Shown: in pieces, positions 1-10,144 of the stretch
Position numbering within the stretch: position 1 is the first letter of the stretch
Layout of the letters: each line of letters starts with the position of its first letter
Assembly: GCA_017470165.1 (NCBI GenBank)
Contig: JAFUEX010000020.1
Location: 19,415-83,414, forward strand
Length of the DNA stretch: 64,000 bases
Source: Alphaproteobacteria bacterium
GTDB lineage: Bacteria > Pseudomonadota > Alphaproteobacteria > RF32 > CAG-239
Reading direction: 5' to 3'
The notes under the pieces: model-generated
Seen by the model: only the letters and a program-made list of their open reading frames with translations
Databases searched by the model: none
What the model was told of the DNA's origin: nothing
Translations under genes and position numbers: made by a program

Positions 1-956
1 GTGGCCACAATCGAAACTCTGATTTTGCCTTCCAAAGTATCATCAAAACTGGAGCCGAAAATAATATTGGCCTCCTCATCTACTTCGTCTTTAATCCGAT
101 TGACCGCATCGTTAATTTCCATAATGGTGACATCTTGACTGGCGGTAATATTAATCAATACACCTTTAGCCCCTTTCATTGAGCAATCATCCAACAAAGG
201 ATTGGACAAAGCCTGCTCCGCAGCTTTAATCGCGCGGTCTTCACCCTCGGCCTCGCCGGTGCCCATAATCGCCTTACCCTGATCTTCCATAATAGCCTTA
301 ACATCAGCAAAATCCAAGTTTATCAACCCCGGCTTCATCATCAAGTCGGTGATTGAACGAACCCCATCATACAAAACATTATCTGCCATCACAAAAGCAT
401 CCAACAATGTGGTGTCTTTATTGGCGATTCTAAACAAATTCTGGTTAGGAATAACAATAATGCTGTCCACCTCTTTGGTAAAATTCTCCAAAGCCGTCTC
501 GGCAGTCATTGAGCGTTTCTTCCCCTCAAATTGAAAAGGTTTGGTAACCACGCCGACAGTCAAAATTCCCTGTTCTTTGGCAACCTTGGCCACTACCGGA
601 GCCGCCCCCGAGCCAGTACCTCCTCCCATACCTGCGGTAATAAACACCATATTGGCACCTTCCAGCTCGCGTTTAATATCATCAAGAGCCTCTTCTGCCG
701 CGATTTTACCTATCTCCGGTCTGGCGCCGGCGCCCAGTCCCTTGGTGGTAGTAAGTCCCAACTGGATACGCCGCTGCGTTTTCGAATTTTCCAAAGCCTG
801 CGCATCAGTGTTGGCCACGATAAAATCGATACCCTCCAGTTTTTTTTCAATCATATTATTAACGGCATTACCGCCGCCGCCACCCACGCCGATAACTGAA
901 ATCCGCGGTTTCAATTGCACAACGTTTTTCTCGGGAACTGCCAACTTAATACTCAT
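1..956 (-). CDS. ftsZ: Cell division GTPase FtsZ (3' end runs off window)
   Basis: Hand translation from ATG 956: [55 protein letters not shown]. The tubulin signature GMGGGTGSG is encoded near 610-640. Lies directly downstream of ftsA. Confidence 0.98.
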   Translation of the reverse strand, partial: MSIKLAVPEKNVVQLKPRISVIGVGGGGGNAVNNMIEKKLEGIDFIVANTDAQALENSKTQRRIQLGLTTTKGLGAGARPEIGKIAAEEALDDIKRELEGANMVFITAGMGGGTGSGAAPVVAKVAKEQGILTVGVVTKPFQFEGKKRSMTAETALENFTKEVDSIIVIPNQNLFRIANKDTTLLDAFVMADNVLYDGVRSITDLMMKPGLINLDFADVKAIMEDQGKAIMGTGEAEGEDRAIKAAEQALSNPLLDDCSMKGAKGVLINITASQDVTIMEINDAVNRIKDEVDEEANIIFGSSFDDTLEGKIRVSIVA

Positions 957-1020
957 GGGAAATCTTACTCCTAAACCAATAAATTATCACTACTTTACCC
1001 TCAAGTCTAATGCAAAGACC

Positions 1021-1035
1021 TTAAGTTTTGGTTAC
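1021..1035. promoter_or_regulatory. CtrA-box-like site upstream of ftsZ
   Basis: TTAA-GTTTTGG-TTAC is a one-mismatch match to TTAA-N7-TTAA in the ftsA-ftsZ gap. Confidence 0.35.
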
Positions 1036-1059
1036 CAAAATAAAAATATTTGCAAAAAT

Positions 1060-2319
1060 TTATCCCCATAGTGTTTTCAGCCAAACACTGACATTATCCC
1101 ACAAACCGCCATTGGCGTTGTTTATTTTGCGCACAATTTTTTTAGGCCGCCGCTCGCTACACTCAACTCCAAACAACAACATTCCTACCGCGGTAGCAAA
1201 CGCCGGAGAATTGAGTGCATCCGGCAAATTGGCCACATTTTTAGGCTTGCCCAATCGCACGTGCTTGTCCAAAACCATCTCCGCCACATTTACCACTCCG
1301 GCCAACTGCGAGGCACCGCCTGTAAGTACCACCCGATGCGAAGAATCACCTCCCAAACCGACATCTGATAGCTTTTTGGCCACCATTTCAAATGTCTCTT
1401 CAATCCTTGGCGCAATTATATTAATCAACTCTGACTTGGGAATATGTTTGATACAGCTGTCATCTTCTTCTCCGACCGGATAAACATTGATGGTATCAAG
1501 TGAATCTTGCGAGGTCAAAAATGCACATCCGTGCAGAGTTTTCAATCTCTCCGCGTGCGAAAAAGATGTCGACAACCCATAGGCAATATCATTAGTGACA
1601 TTAGACCCGCCCACTGGTATCGAAGTAAAATGCACCGGATAACCGTTGCGAAAAGTAGCAATTGAGGTACTTCCGCCACCCATATCCACAACCGTGGCTC
1701 CCATTTCTTTTTCGTCTTCCACCAAACAGGCCAGCCCCGAGGCATACGAATCAAACACTCTGCCGCTGATATCCAAATGCGCATTTTCCGTAATCGTATT
1801 CAAATTACGGCAAATATGCTCCGGTACCAACCCCAGCAGGATATTAATCGACAATTCTTCACCGAACAAATTGCGCGGGTCTTTAATCATCTCGCCTTTG
1901 TCCAGATTATAGCTGTTGTGAATACAATGTATCAGGCTGTATTCGCCGACATCTACCTTAGCAGTGCCCTTCAAATACAATTTTTCCAGCTCGGCATCGC
2001 CTATCGGACGATTCTTATTCAGCGCCATTGACGCCGACTTCATCACACTGCGCACTTTTTCGCCGCCGATGCTGATAACCACCTTATCAATGGTCTCATT
2101 AGCCATCTGTTCGGCATCCTGCACCGCATTACCCACGGCCAATGTAGCTTGAGCAATATCCGTTACCGCTCCGTTTTTAATTCCTTTCGAGGCATTATAG
2201 CCATAGCCGATAATACTAATCTTTTTGTCTTTAGAAACCCGTGCAATAATACAACTGACTTTAGATGAGCCGATATCCAAAGCCGCTATAGTAGCTGTCT
2301 TGCCAAACGTATGCGTCAA
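1060..2319 (-). CDS. ftsA: Cell division protein FtsA
   Basis: ALDIGSSKV, VVDMGGGST and VVLTGGASQL actin-fold motifs; lies between ftsQ and ftsZ. Confidence 0.97.
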   Translation of the reverse strand: MTHTFGKTATIAALDIGSSKVSCIIARVSKDKKISIIGYGYNASKGIKNGAVTDIAQATLAVGNAVQDAEQMANETIDKVVISIGGEKVRSVMKSASMALNKNRPIGDAELEKLYLKGTAKVDVGEYSLIHCIHNSYNLDKGEMIKDPRNLFGEELSINILLGLVPEHICRNLNTITENAHLDISGRVFDSYASGLACLVEDEKEMGATVVDMGGGSTSIATFRNGYPVHFTSIPVGGSNVTNDIAYGLSTSFSHAERLKTLHGCAFLTSQDSLDTINVYPVGEEDDSCIKHIPKSELINIIAPRIEETFEMVAKKLSDVGLGGDSSHRVVLTGGASQLAGVVNVAEMVLDKHVRLGKPKNVANLPDALNSPAFATAVGMLLFGVECSERRPKKIVRKINNANGGLWDNVSVWLKTLWG

Positions 2320-2345
2320 TAAAGCCTCCTGTCGGTTATTATCGT

Positions 2346-3188
2346 CTATAACACTTGCGGTTTGCCCTTATTGTTAGGGTATTCCTTCCGCATTTTGACT
2401 ATTATCTTATCTTCCAATCTTAAATCAATGATAGTTAATTTACGTTTAAGAATTGAGGTATTTTTATCTAAATTTATCAATCTTTTTAGCGCTGAGGCAA
2501 CATTATCTTGCGGCAACTTAACCGTAATACCTCCGTTGACATCATCAAAGGTTAGATTCCAACGTCTCTTGGATATATAATTAGCCGCCTTAATCCGCTT
2601 GACATAACTCTCATCAATCTTTTTCACTTGCTCCAAAAGCTCTTTGATATGCTCCGGTGCATCTTGCCCCACCACCAACAACATCGGCTCATTGGGTTTA
2701 TAATCGGCCTCAATCACATAGCCGTCAAAATCCAGCGGATAAAATTGCCGTTTAAGTTGCCAAATTGCCATAACTTCTTTTTCTTTAATCTGTATCTGCA
2801 AAATATTGGGCAAAAAAGACCTTTTCACCGTCACATCCCGCACCCAAGGCAAGTTCTCCAACCGGCGTTTTACTTCTTCTACCTCAATTTTGAAAAAATT
2901 ATCCCCGCGCTTCAATCCCAAAACCCGATTAATATCCTCAAGCTCCGTCCGGCCGCGCCCGCTTATCACCACATCTTGCAGCACAAAACCATACTCGCCC
3001 ACCTTGGAAATAACATAATCCTGCACCGCTTGCAGTTGTTTGGCAATCAAGCGCTGTTTGACCACCACTATTGAGCCGACCACCACCGCCAACACCGATA
3101 TCAGCGCCACGCTCATTCTCAGTCGTTGTGGCCACACTCGCTTAATTTTGCGAATATTTTTATTTACCTCTGATGTTTGCTTGGTCAT
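2346..3188 (-). CDS. ftsQ: Cell division protein FtsQ/DivIB
   Basis: Single N-terminal TM, POTRA-like region (LENLPWVRDVTVKRSFLP), C-terminal IDLRLEDKI; dcw position. Confidence 0.92.
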   Translation of the reverse strand: MTKQTSEVNKNIRKIKRVWPQRLRMSVALISVLAVVVGSIVVVKQRLIAKQLQAVQDYVISKVGEYGFVLQDVVISGRGRTELEDINRVLGLKRGDNFFKIEVEEVKRRLENLPWVRDVTVKRSFLPNILQIQIKEKEVMAIWQLKRQFYPLDFDGYVIEADYKPNEPMLLVVGQDAPEHIKELLEQVKKIDESYVKRIKAANYISKRRWNLTFDDVNGGITVKLPQDNVASALKRLINLDKNTSILKRKLTIIDLRLEDKIIVKMRKEYPNNKGKPQVL

Positions 3189-4106
3189 CTATTTTTTTAT
3201 ACCGACTCTTTTTACTTCCCATTCCAACACGATGGAGGTTTCATCTTTCACCTTCTTGATAATGGACTCACCTAAATTTTCAATATCTTCGGCGCTGGCA
3301 TCTCCGGTGTTTATCAAAAAGTTGCAGTGCTTATCCGAAACAGCGGCTCCACCCACTTTAAGCTCATTGCTCTTGGTATTTTTAATCAGCTCCCAAGCTC
3401 GCAATCCCTCAGGATTCTTAAAAGTAGAGCCTGCGGTTTTGGCATTTATCGGCTGACTTTTCAGACGATATTGTTTTTGCTCTTCGATAATCCGCAGCGT
3501 CTCTTGAGCATCTTGCGGCACTACTTTCAGGGTCATAGATGTCACAATCCACCCTTCGGGGAAAAAGCTGCAGCGATATCCGAAATTAAAATCATCCGCA
3601 CTCACCTCCAGCTCTTCGCCTTCCTCATTTATCACGGTCGCCCCAGCCAGCACATCCTTCAGTTCGCGTCCGAAACATCCCGCATTGGTTTTAATCGCAC
3701 CGCCCAAACTCCCCGGTATCGACACCAAAAACTCCAGCCCCCCGATATTATTCTCGGTCATAATCTTTTTCAGTTCTGCATTTTTCATACCGGCGCCACA
3801 AATAAGTTTATCACCATCCATCTGCCATTGGCGATAAAATTTGCTACTCAATTTTATAACCACCCCCGGTATGCCGCCATCGCGCACCAACAAGTTCGAT
3901 CCGCTACCGATAACAAACACCGGCAAATTATGCGGCTTATTCCGCACAAACTCGCGCAAATCATCATTATCCGCCGGAAAAAACATCACCTCGGCCGGTC
4001 CGCCCACTCCAAACCAAGTGTGTTTGGCCAAGAGCTCATGTTCTCTTATCTCGCCTTTTAATTTCGGCAACATCTTCACGATTGACGTTTTTTTCTTTCC
4101 GAACAT
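3189..4106 (-). CDS. murB: UDP-N-acetylenolpyruvoylglucosamine reductase
   Basis: TWFGVGGPAE, GSGSNLLVRDGG, IPGSLGGAIKTNAG, GSTFKNP and HCNFLIN motifs. Confidence 0.97.
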   Translation of the reverse strand: MFGKKKTSIVKMLPKLKGEIREHELLAKHTWFGVGGPAEVMFFPADNDDLREFVRNKPHNLPVFVIGSGSNLLVRDGGIPGVVIKLSSKFYRQWQMDGDKLICGAGMKNAELKKIMTENNIGGLEFLVSIPGSLGGAIKTNAGCFGRELKDVLAGATVINEEGEELEVSADDFNFGYRCSFFPEGWIVTSMTLKVVPQDAQETLRIIEEQKQYRLKSQPINAKTAGSTFKNPEGLRAWELIKNTKSNELKVGGAAVSDKHCNFLINTGDASAEDIENLGESIIKKVKDETSIVLEWEVKRVGIKK

Positions 4107-4108
4107 TG

Positions 4109-5209
4109 TTATCCCCTTATCGCCTCGATTTTTTCGGCCAATTTAACCTGTGCATTCACTATCGCACAGCGCTTGGCATTATAAGACAACTCACGACGCA
4201 GCTCAGCATTATCCGCCAGCTCGCGCCACACTTTAAGCAAATTTTCTGCCGTAAAATCCTTTTGCTCAATTAACAAAGCACCATTGGCATCAGTCAATTC
4301 TTTGGCATTATAATACTGATGATTGTCAGCCGCACTGGCAAGCGGCACTAATATCGCCGGAACTCCTGCTGCAGCAATTTCATAAATCGACGAGGCTCCC
4401 GAACGCGATATCATCACATCGGCTTTGGTATACAATTCGTCCATATTCACAAAAAATGACTCTACTACCGCATCAACCCCCATAGCGTGATATTTGTTTC
4501 TTATTTCCTCTTCTTCTCCTTTGCGGCATTGTTGGTAAATTCGCAGATTTTTTCGGCTGTTATCATCCAACAAACCCAGCATCTGCGGCACCACTTCACT
4601 AAAGATATGCGCCCCTTGCGAACCTCCCAGCACCACAGTATTAAATTTATCTCCGGCTTTGGGCGAAACATATTCTTTTGCATTAAGTTCAGCAATTTTA
4701 CCGCGTATCGGCATCCCGCTCAAAAAAGTCTTGGCACTTTGCGGGGTGTTGCGCACGTGATTAAAACTCTGCGCCACCCAGCGAGCAAACGGCGCCAAAA
4801 TACGATTTGTACGGCTCATAACCGAATTTTGCTCATGAATAATCAACGGAATCCGCAAAATCACCGCCGCCATCGCCGTCGGAAACGAGGCATAGCCGCC
4901 AAACCCGACCACTACTTTCGGCCTTTTAACCAACATATGCACCATAGCCTGCAGCACACCGATTCCCACCTTGAGCAGGCTGAGCGCTTTAGTTTTGAGG
5001 TCTTTTCCCATCACGCTGCCCGAGGCTATGGTAACATTTTCAATCTCGCTCAACACTCCTTTATAATTACCCAGTCCGCGTTCATCGGTATAAAAAATTA
5101 CCTCAAATCCTTTCATCCTCAATTCCACCGCCAAGGCCTCCGCCGGATAAATATGTCCTCCGGTACCTCCCGCAGTCAAAACTACGGTTTTATTATTACG
5201 CTGCTTCAT
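4109..5209 (-). CDS. murG: Lipid II GlcNAc transferase MurG
   Basis: TAGGTGGHIYP, GFGGYAS, HEQNS, GGSQGA and SRSGASS motifs. Start taken as ATG 5209 (ORF track extends to 5233). Confidence 0.97.
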   Translation of the reverse strand: MKQRNNKTVVLTAGGTGGHIYPAEALAVELRMKGFEVIFYTDERGLGNYKGVLSEIENVTIASGSVMGKDLKTKALSLLKVGIGVLQAMVHMLVKRPKVVVGFGGYASFPTAMAAVILRIPLIIHEQNSVMSRTNRILAPFARWVAQSFNHVRNTPQSAKTFLSGMPIRGKIAELNAKEYVSPKAGDKFNTVVLGGSQGAHIFSEVVPQMLGLLDDNSRKNLRIYQQCRKGEEEEIRNKYHAMGVDAVVESFFVNMDELYTKADVMISRSGASSIYEIAAAGVPAILVPLASAADNHQYYNAKELTDANGALLIEQKDFTAENLLKVWRELADNAELRRELSYNAKRCAIVNAQVKLAEKIEAIRG

Positions 5210-6326
5210 TATCTTTATCCTCCGCATGAACATTTTTTCTGGTCAATGCCAACAACATCCCCATCCCGATAGCCGATCCCATTAACGATGACCCACCGCT
5301 GGAAATCAACGGCAATGCCATCCCTTTCGTCGGCCCAAGTTGCAGGGTCGATGCCATATTAATCAGTGCCTGCAATCCAAAACTGACTGCCAACCCGCAC
5401 ACCGACAACACAATAAACATATTGCTTTCTTTAGTACTCAGAATCATCGAACGCGCCACAACCACTCCGTATGCGGCCACAATCAACAAACACAAGAACA
5501 TTCCGTATTCTTCGGCCGCCACCGGAAAAATAAAATCGGTATGTGCATCGGGAATATGCATTTTAACTACACCTTCACCGACGCCTACTCCCCAAAAACC
5601 GCCATTCTTAAACGCTTCCAAAGATTTTTTCACCTGATAAGGAGGCTCACCGGAGAACATTCCGGTTATCATCTGATTAACCCGCACTTGCACGTGCGGC
5701 AACGCCAAATAGGCCGCAATCACCACTATCACAAATGCCGCCACCGGTATCATAAACTTTTTTATCGGTACACCGGCCAAAAACAACTGGGCCAGCCACA
5801 CCGCAAACACCACCGCTGTCATTCCGAAATCCGGCTGCCTCAACAACATCAGACAAGTCAGCCCCAACAAGGCAAAACTTATTATCACTCCGTGAAAATT
5901 CTTATATTGCCGCTGCATTTCAAACAACCACGCGGTACATACGATAAACACCGGTTTCAAAAACTCCGACGGCTGTACCGTAAATCCCAATTTAAGCCAA
6001 CGACGCGCGCCCTTCACTTCGTAACCGAACATCAAAGTTGCCACCAGCAGCAACATTACACCGGCATACCCCAAAATCGCCATCCGTCGTGTCCATTTCA
6101 ATCCTTGCATTGAAAAAAACAGCATCACTCCGATGGCCAAGCACATATAAATACTGTGATGCAATACCAAATTATGCAACCTTTTTGCCACTGCCGGCGA
6201 GGCCGAAAACGAGAGCACAAATCCGCATCCTATCAAAAATGCCACCATCGCCAGCAGCGGTTTATCAACCGTCCACCACCAGCGGGCTGCCATATTTCTG
6301 CTTGAACGCGAAAAAAATAACTCCAT
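5196..6326 (-). CDS. ftsW: SEDS peptidoglycan polymerase FtsW
   Basis: GARRWL, QPSEFLK, QPDFG, PDAHTDFIF and LPLISSGGSS motifs; multi-TM. Confidence 0.96.
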   Translation of the reverse strand: MELFFSRSSRNMAARWWWTVDKPLLAMVAFLIGCGFVLSFSASPAVAKRLHNLVLHHSIYMCLAIGVMLFFSMQGLKWTRRMAILGYAGVMLLLVATLMFGYEVKGARRWLKLGFTVQPSEFLKPVFIVCTAWLFEMQRQYKNFHGVIISFALLGLTCLMLLRQPDFGMTAVVFAVWLAQLFLAGVPIKKFMIPVAAFVIVVIAAYLALPHVQVRVNQMITGMFSGEPPYQVKKSLEAFKNGGFWGVGVGEGVVKMHIPDAHTDFIFPVAAEEYGMFLCLLIVAAYGVVVARSMILSTKESNMFIVLSVCGLAVSFGLQALINMASTLQLGPTKGMALPLISSGGSSLMGSAIGMGMLLALTRKNVHAEDKDNEAA

Positions 6327-6344
6327 TTTATCCCCTTGTCATCC

Positions 6345-7406
6345 TTACAACAACGCCGCCAATCCTATCAAGGCGCACACAACGCCTGCCGCCCAGAATC
6401 TGCACACCACCTTCATCTCGCTCCAACCCGATTGCTCGAAATGATGATGTATCGGCGCCATTTTGAAAAACCTTTTACCTTTGGTCAGCTTGAAATAATA
6501 CACTTGAATTATCACCGACAACGATTCGCCGACAAACACAAATCCGGCTATGGCCAAGATTATTTCTTGTTTCAGCATCACCGCCGCCACACCCAAGAAA
6601 GCTCCCAGAGCCAGTGAGCCGGTATCTCCCATAAACACTCTGGCCGGTTTACGATTAAACCGCAAAAATCCCAAGCAGGCACCGGCCACTGCCGCGCACA
6701 TCACCGCTACTTCCGCGGCAAAAGGTATTGCCGGTATCTGTGTTGTACTGATTGCCAAAGCTGCCGCATAAGCGAAAATAACAAAAACCGTAAAAGCCAC
6801 ACTCAATAAACCGGCTGCCAATCCATCCAATCCATCGCTAAGGTTGACACCGTTTGACGCACCGGCGATCACAACCATTGCAAACAGCACATAAAACCAT
6901 CCGATATTCCACTGCCAATTAAAATACGGCACATTAAGCACAAACCTGTAATTATCCGGCGTTTCCCACGAAACAGCCGCAATTGCCGCCAAAGCAGTGG
7001 CAAATTGCAAAACCAGTTTCATCTTAGCCGTCATCGCGCGCGAAGACTGGCGGGTTACTTTCAAATAATCGTCGGCAAAACCGATAGCCCCATATATCAG
7101 CAGCACCCCGCAGCCGACCCACACGCTCACACTCTGCCAATCGGCAAACAGCAAAATCGACAGCACCGCTGCTCCCAAAATCATCACACCGCCCATCGTC
7201 GGCGTACCTTTTTTCGTCAACAGATGCGACTGCGGCCCGTCCTCTCTTATCGGCTGACCTTTTTGCTGATGTTTGTGCAACATTGCAATAACCTTGCCGC
7301 CGCTCAACCACACACCGGCAAACGCCGTCACCATAGCTGCAACGATTCGCAGCACTAAATCGTTAATCCCGAATCCGGTAATTCCATCCATCAAATGCAC
7401 CAGCAT
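6345..7406 (-). CDS. mraY: Phospho-MurNAc-pentapeptide transferase
   Basis: KKGTPTMGG, NLSDGLDGLA, FMGDTGSLALG and APIHHHFE motifs. Start taken as ATG 7406 (ORF track to 7460). Confidence 0.97.
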   Translation of the reverse strand: MLVHLMDGITGFGINDLVLRIVAAMVTAFAGVWLSGGKVIAMLHKHQQKGQPIREDGPQSHLLTKKGTPTMGGVMILGAAVLSILLFADWQSVSVWVGCGVLLIYGAIGFADDYLKVTRQSSRAMTAKMKLVLQFATALAAIAAVSWETPDNYRFVLNVPYFNWQWNIGWFYVLFAMVVIAGASNGVNLSDGLDGLAAGLLSVAFTVFVIFAYAAALAISTTQIPAIPFAAEVAVMCAAVAGACLGFLRFNRKPARVFMGDTGSLALGAFLGVAAVMLKQEIILAIAGFVFVGESLSVIIQVYYFKLTKGKRFFKMAPIHHHFEQSGWSEMKVVCRFWAAGVVCALIGLAALL

Positions 7407-7537
7407 TACTTCAGTCCCTTTTACTTCAAAGCTAACTCCCAATGCTCTGAAGTCTAACATACAAATCTAAACAAAGATTAAATATGTCGCCGATTTTCTG
7501 CTTTTTTCGCGAAAAAAATAATCATCAGGCAGCACGT

Positions 7538-7867
7538 TCACGCTTTGCCGTTTTGCTGATAGATATAAGAAATAATCTCAGCCACCGCGGCAAAGGCCTC
7601 CAAAGGTATCTCCTGATTAATGTCCACCGCTTTCAAAATTTGCAGCAAATCAGCATCTTGACGTATTTCGATATTATTGGCCTTGGCGATTTCCACTATT
7701 TTTTCGGCAATTTCGCCCTGCCCTTTAGCCACCACCTTAGGGGCATTGTCCTTTTCTCGGTCATAACCCAAAGCCACGGCATAATTTTTGTCATCGGCTG
7801 TGGAAAAAGCGCTTGCCGCGTTGCCTTTAGCGCGATTTGTGCTATTATTGTCACTGGATTTGGCCAT
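7538..7867 (-). CDS. EscU/YscU/FlhB C-terminal-like small protein
   Basis: AVALGYD, APKVVAKGQGEIAEKIVEIAK and IPLEAFAAVAEII resemble the FlhB cytoplasmic domain; divergent from flgB. Confidence 0.88.
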   Translation of the reverse strand: MAKSSDNNSTNRAKGNAASAFSTADDKNYAVALGYDREKDNAPKVVAKGQGEIAEKIVEIAKANNIEIRQDADLLQILKAVDINQEIPLEAFAAVAEIISYIYQQNGKA

Positions 7868-7941
7868 TGCCGTTGCTCCGCAAATTAATCAATACGTTCT
7901 CCAACATAATTGGTTTGACGGATTTTGGCAAGAGGTTTGTT

Positions 7942-7957
7942 TGGCATATAAATTGCA
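7942..7957 (+). promoter_or_regulatory. Sigma54 (-24/-12) promoter for flgB-flgC-fliE
   Basis: TGGCATATAAATTGCA gives GG-N10-GC, about 50 bp upstream of the flgB ATG. Confidence 0.8.
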
Positions 7958-8009
7958 TATCGCTTAAATAAGCAGTTTGTAATGTGTATGTTTTTTATGA
8001 GGTAAGGAA

Positions 8010-8444
8010 ATGGCGGATTTACGCAACTTAACGGTTTTTAATATGGCAGGCCGCAATATGCAATATCTTTCGGCCAAGCAACGGGTTATCGCGCAAAATA
8101 TTGCTAATGCCTCAACTCCCAAATATCTGGCGCGCGACATTGAGGAACCTGCTTTTCTCAATGCTTCTGCTGCCAAAAGCATCACCCAAATTATGGGCTT
8201 AAAAACCACCCATGCCAAGCACTATGCCACCCTCAAGTCCGAGGCTGACAAAACCACATCCGCCGGTTTTCGCGTTTATACTCCATCGCCCAAAGAAGCA
8301 CTGACTATCGACGGCAACGGAGTAATCATCGAAGACCAAGTCAACGAGGCCAGCAAAGCCAGTTCGGAATACAAAAAGATGATTACCATCTACAATTCTT
8401 ATAAAAATATGCTTTCAACCGCCAACACCAAAATAAACGGATGA
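8010..8444 (+). CDS. flgB: Flagellar basal body rod protein FlgB
   Basis: KQRVIAQNIANASTPKYLARDI and DGNGV motifs; followed by flgC. Confidence 0.93.
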   Translation: MADLRNLTVFNMAGRNMQYLSAKQRVIAQNIANASTPKYLARDIEEPAFLNASAAKSITQIMGLKTTHAKHYATLKSEADKTTSAGFRVYTPSPKEALTIDGNGVIIEDQVNEASKASSEYKKMITIYNSYKNMLSTANTKING

Positions 8445-8449
8445 GATAA

Positions 8450-8863
8450 ATGGCCAATGACTTAACTATCAGCGCGGATATTTCCGCTTCAGGGATGCGA
8501 GCTCAGGCCGAGCGGCTCAAAGTTATATCGCAAAATATGGCCAATGCCGATTCGCTCTCATCCGAAAAAGGACAAGAGCCCTATCGCCGGCAAGTAGTAA
8601 GTTTTGCCAATTACATTGACGAAAAAACCGGTGCTCAAAAGGTAAAAGTTGACCGCATTGTCAAAGATATGTCACCTTTTGAGAAAAAATATGATCCCAA
8701 TCATCCGGCTGCCGATGCTAAAGGCTATGTCTCACTGCCCAATGTCAATCCGCTGGTTGAGATGATGGATATGAAAGAGGCGCAACGGGTTTACGAGGCA
8801 AATCTCAATATGCTCAAAACCGCACGTGAAATGAACAATTCAACCTTAGATATCTTAAAATAA
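8450..8863 (+). CDS. flgC: Flagellar basal body rod protein FlgC
   Basis: SASGMRAQAERLKVISQNMANADS, YDPNHPAAD, PNVNPLVEM and YEANL motifs. Confidence 0.97.
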   Translation: MANDLTISADISASGMRAQAERLKVISQNMANADSLSSEKGQEPYRRQVVSFANYIDEKTGAQKVKVDRIVKDMSPFEKKYDPNHPAADAKGYVSLPNVNPLVEMMDMKEAQRVYEANLNMLKTAREMNNSTLDILK

Positions 8864-8879
8864 TTAGGGGGAAAATGCT

Positions 8880-9197
8880 ATGACTTCAATTAATAATGCT
8901 TTGGCTGCTTATCAAACTGCTCTCAACCGCATCAGCTCACAGACATCCTCAAACACGCCGCAGATGACCTCAGCCGCAGAGTCGAATTTTACCCATGTAC
9001 TTAAAAACGTGGTTGATGAGGCTGTTGATGCACAAAAGCAAGCGGAAATCACCACCATTAACGGCATCAAAGGGCAGGCCGACATCCAAGATGTTGTTTT
9101 GGCAATTGCCAACGCCGAACAGGCCTTGGAGACCGTTGTTGCCGTACGCGACACCGCTATCAGAGCCTACAACTCCATTATGCAGATGAACATCTGA
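8880..9197 (+). CDS. fliE: Flagellar hook-basal body protein FliE
   Basis: C-terminal VVAVRDTAIRAYNSIMQMNI typical of FliE; follows flgC. Confidence 0.92.
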   Translation: MTSINNALAAYQTALNRISSQTSSNTPQMTSAAESNFTHVLKNVVDEAVDAQKQAEITTINGIKGQADIQDVVLAIANAEQALETVVAVRDTAIRAYNSIMQMNI

Positions 9198-9271
9198 CTG
9201 GCGCACTCGCCTTAACAGCGTTGTTTTTTATTCTTATCCTGATTTATTCTGCCATATCCGGATTTAAGGTT

Positions 9272-10132
9272 TTAGGACTGCATTTTACGCTGCAGAAATT
9301 CCGGCAGTTCCTTCAATCCCGAAGCACCGGAGGCTTTTTTGTGACCGCCGCCGCCAAATTCTGCGGCAATTTTTGACACATCAACATCATCCCTTGCCGT
9401 ATAAAACGACAAGTTCCACGAGTTTTTGCCGTTCATAAAAAAGTTACACATAAATGCATAGTTTTTAATATTGCGCATACTGTCATAAAACTCCGAATAC
9501 CCCTGCGGCATATTAGCGCATATACACGTCATCCCCTTGTAACTGCTTTCAAACGACATTGCCTTGCACAAGCGATGGTTGCGATTTTTGATATAAGACA
9601 AAATTGCCTCGCCTTTTTTCACCATCTCTTTAATATCCATCCGTCCAGCAAACAAATCTTTCCAACTGGAATCCGCCGGCTTGTTCACTCCCAATGACTG
9701 AAATGCATATTCAAACGGCCGCACCCGTTTGTCACGCAAATCATACAAGTCATTCAGCCCCAGCAGTTTAACCCCTTCCGGCAACGGATCATCGGGAAAG
9801 AAATATTGCCAAGTCAATACAATTGCCGCCGTACCGTTTTTGCGCACACCTTTAATTGCCCTCTTGCCCTGCGTCATAGCGACATCATACGCCTCAATCA
9901 CCGATGCGTGATGGTCAATCCACGTCAAATCCTTGCTCTCATTGAGCTCAAACATCACATCCATAGGCAAAGCAATATCACAAATAACAATCTGCTCGTG
10001 TCGGTTAATCTCTTCCCAAGGCACATCCATATCATGGTTAAGTCCGAAAAACTCAACCTCGCCAAACTTGCGTCCGACAATTGCTGCCGAGCCCTTGCCG
10101 TCATGGTCTGCAATATGATATATACAAAGCAT
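9272..10132 (-). CDS. DHH/DHHA1 family phosphoesterase
   Basis: DHDG, D, WIDHH and GGGH motifs. Confidence 0.88.
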   Translation of the reverse strand: MLCIYHIADHDGKGSAAIVGRKFGEVEFFGLNHDMDVPWEEINRHEQIVICDIALPMDVMFELNESKDLTWIDHHASVIEAYDVAMTQGKRAIKGVRKNGTAAIVLTWQYFFPDDPLPEGVKLLGLNDLYDLRDKRVRPFEYAFQSLGVNKPADSSWKDLFAGRMDIKEMVKKGEAILSYIKNRNHRLCKAMSFESSYKGMTCICANMPQGYSEFYDSMRNIKNYAFMCNFFMNGKNSWNLSFYTARDDVDVSKIAAEFGGGGHKKASGASGLKELPEFLQRKMQS

Positions 10133-10144
10133 CTTCCTATCTCC

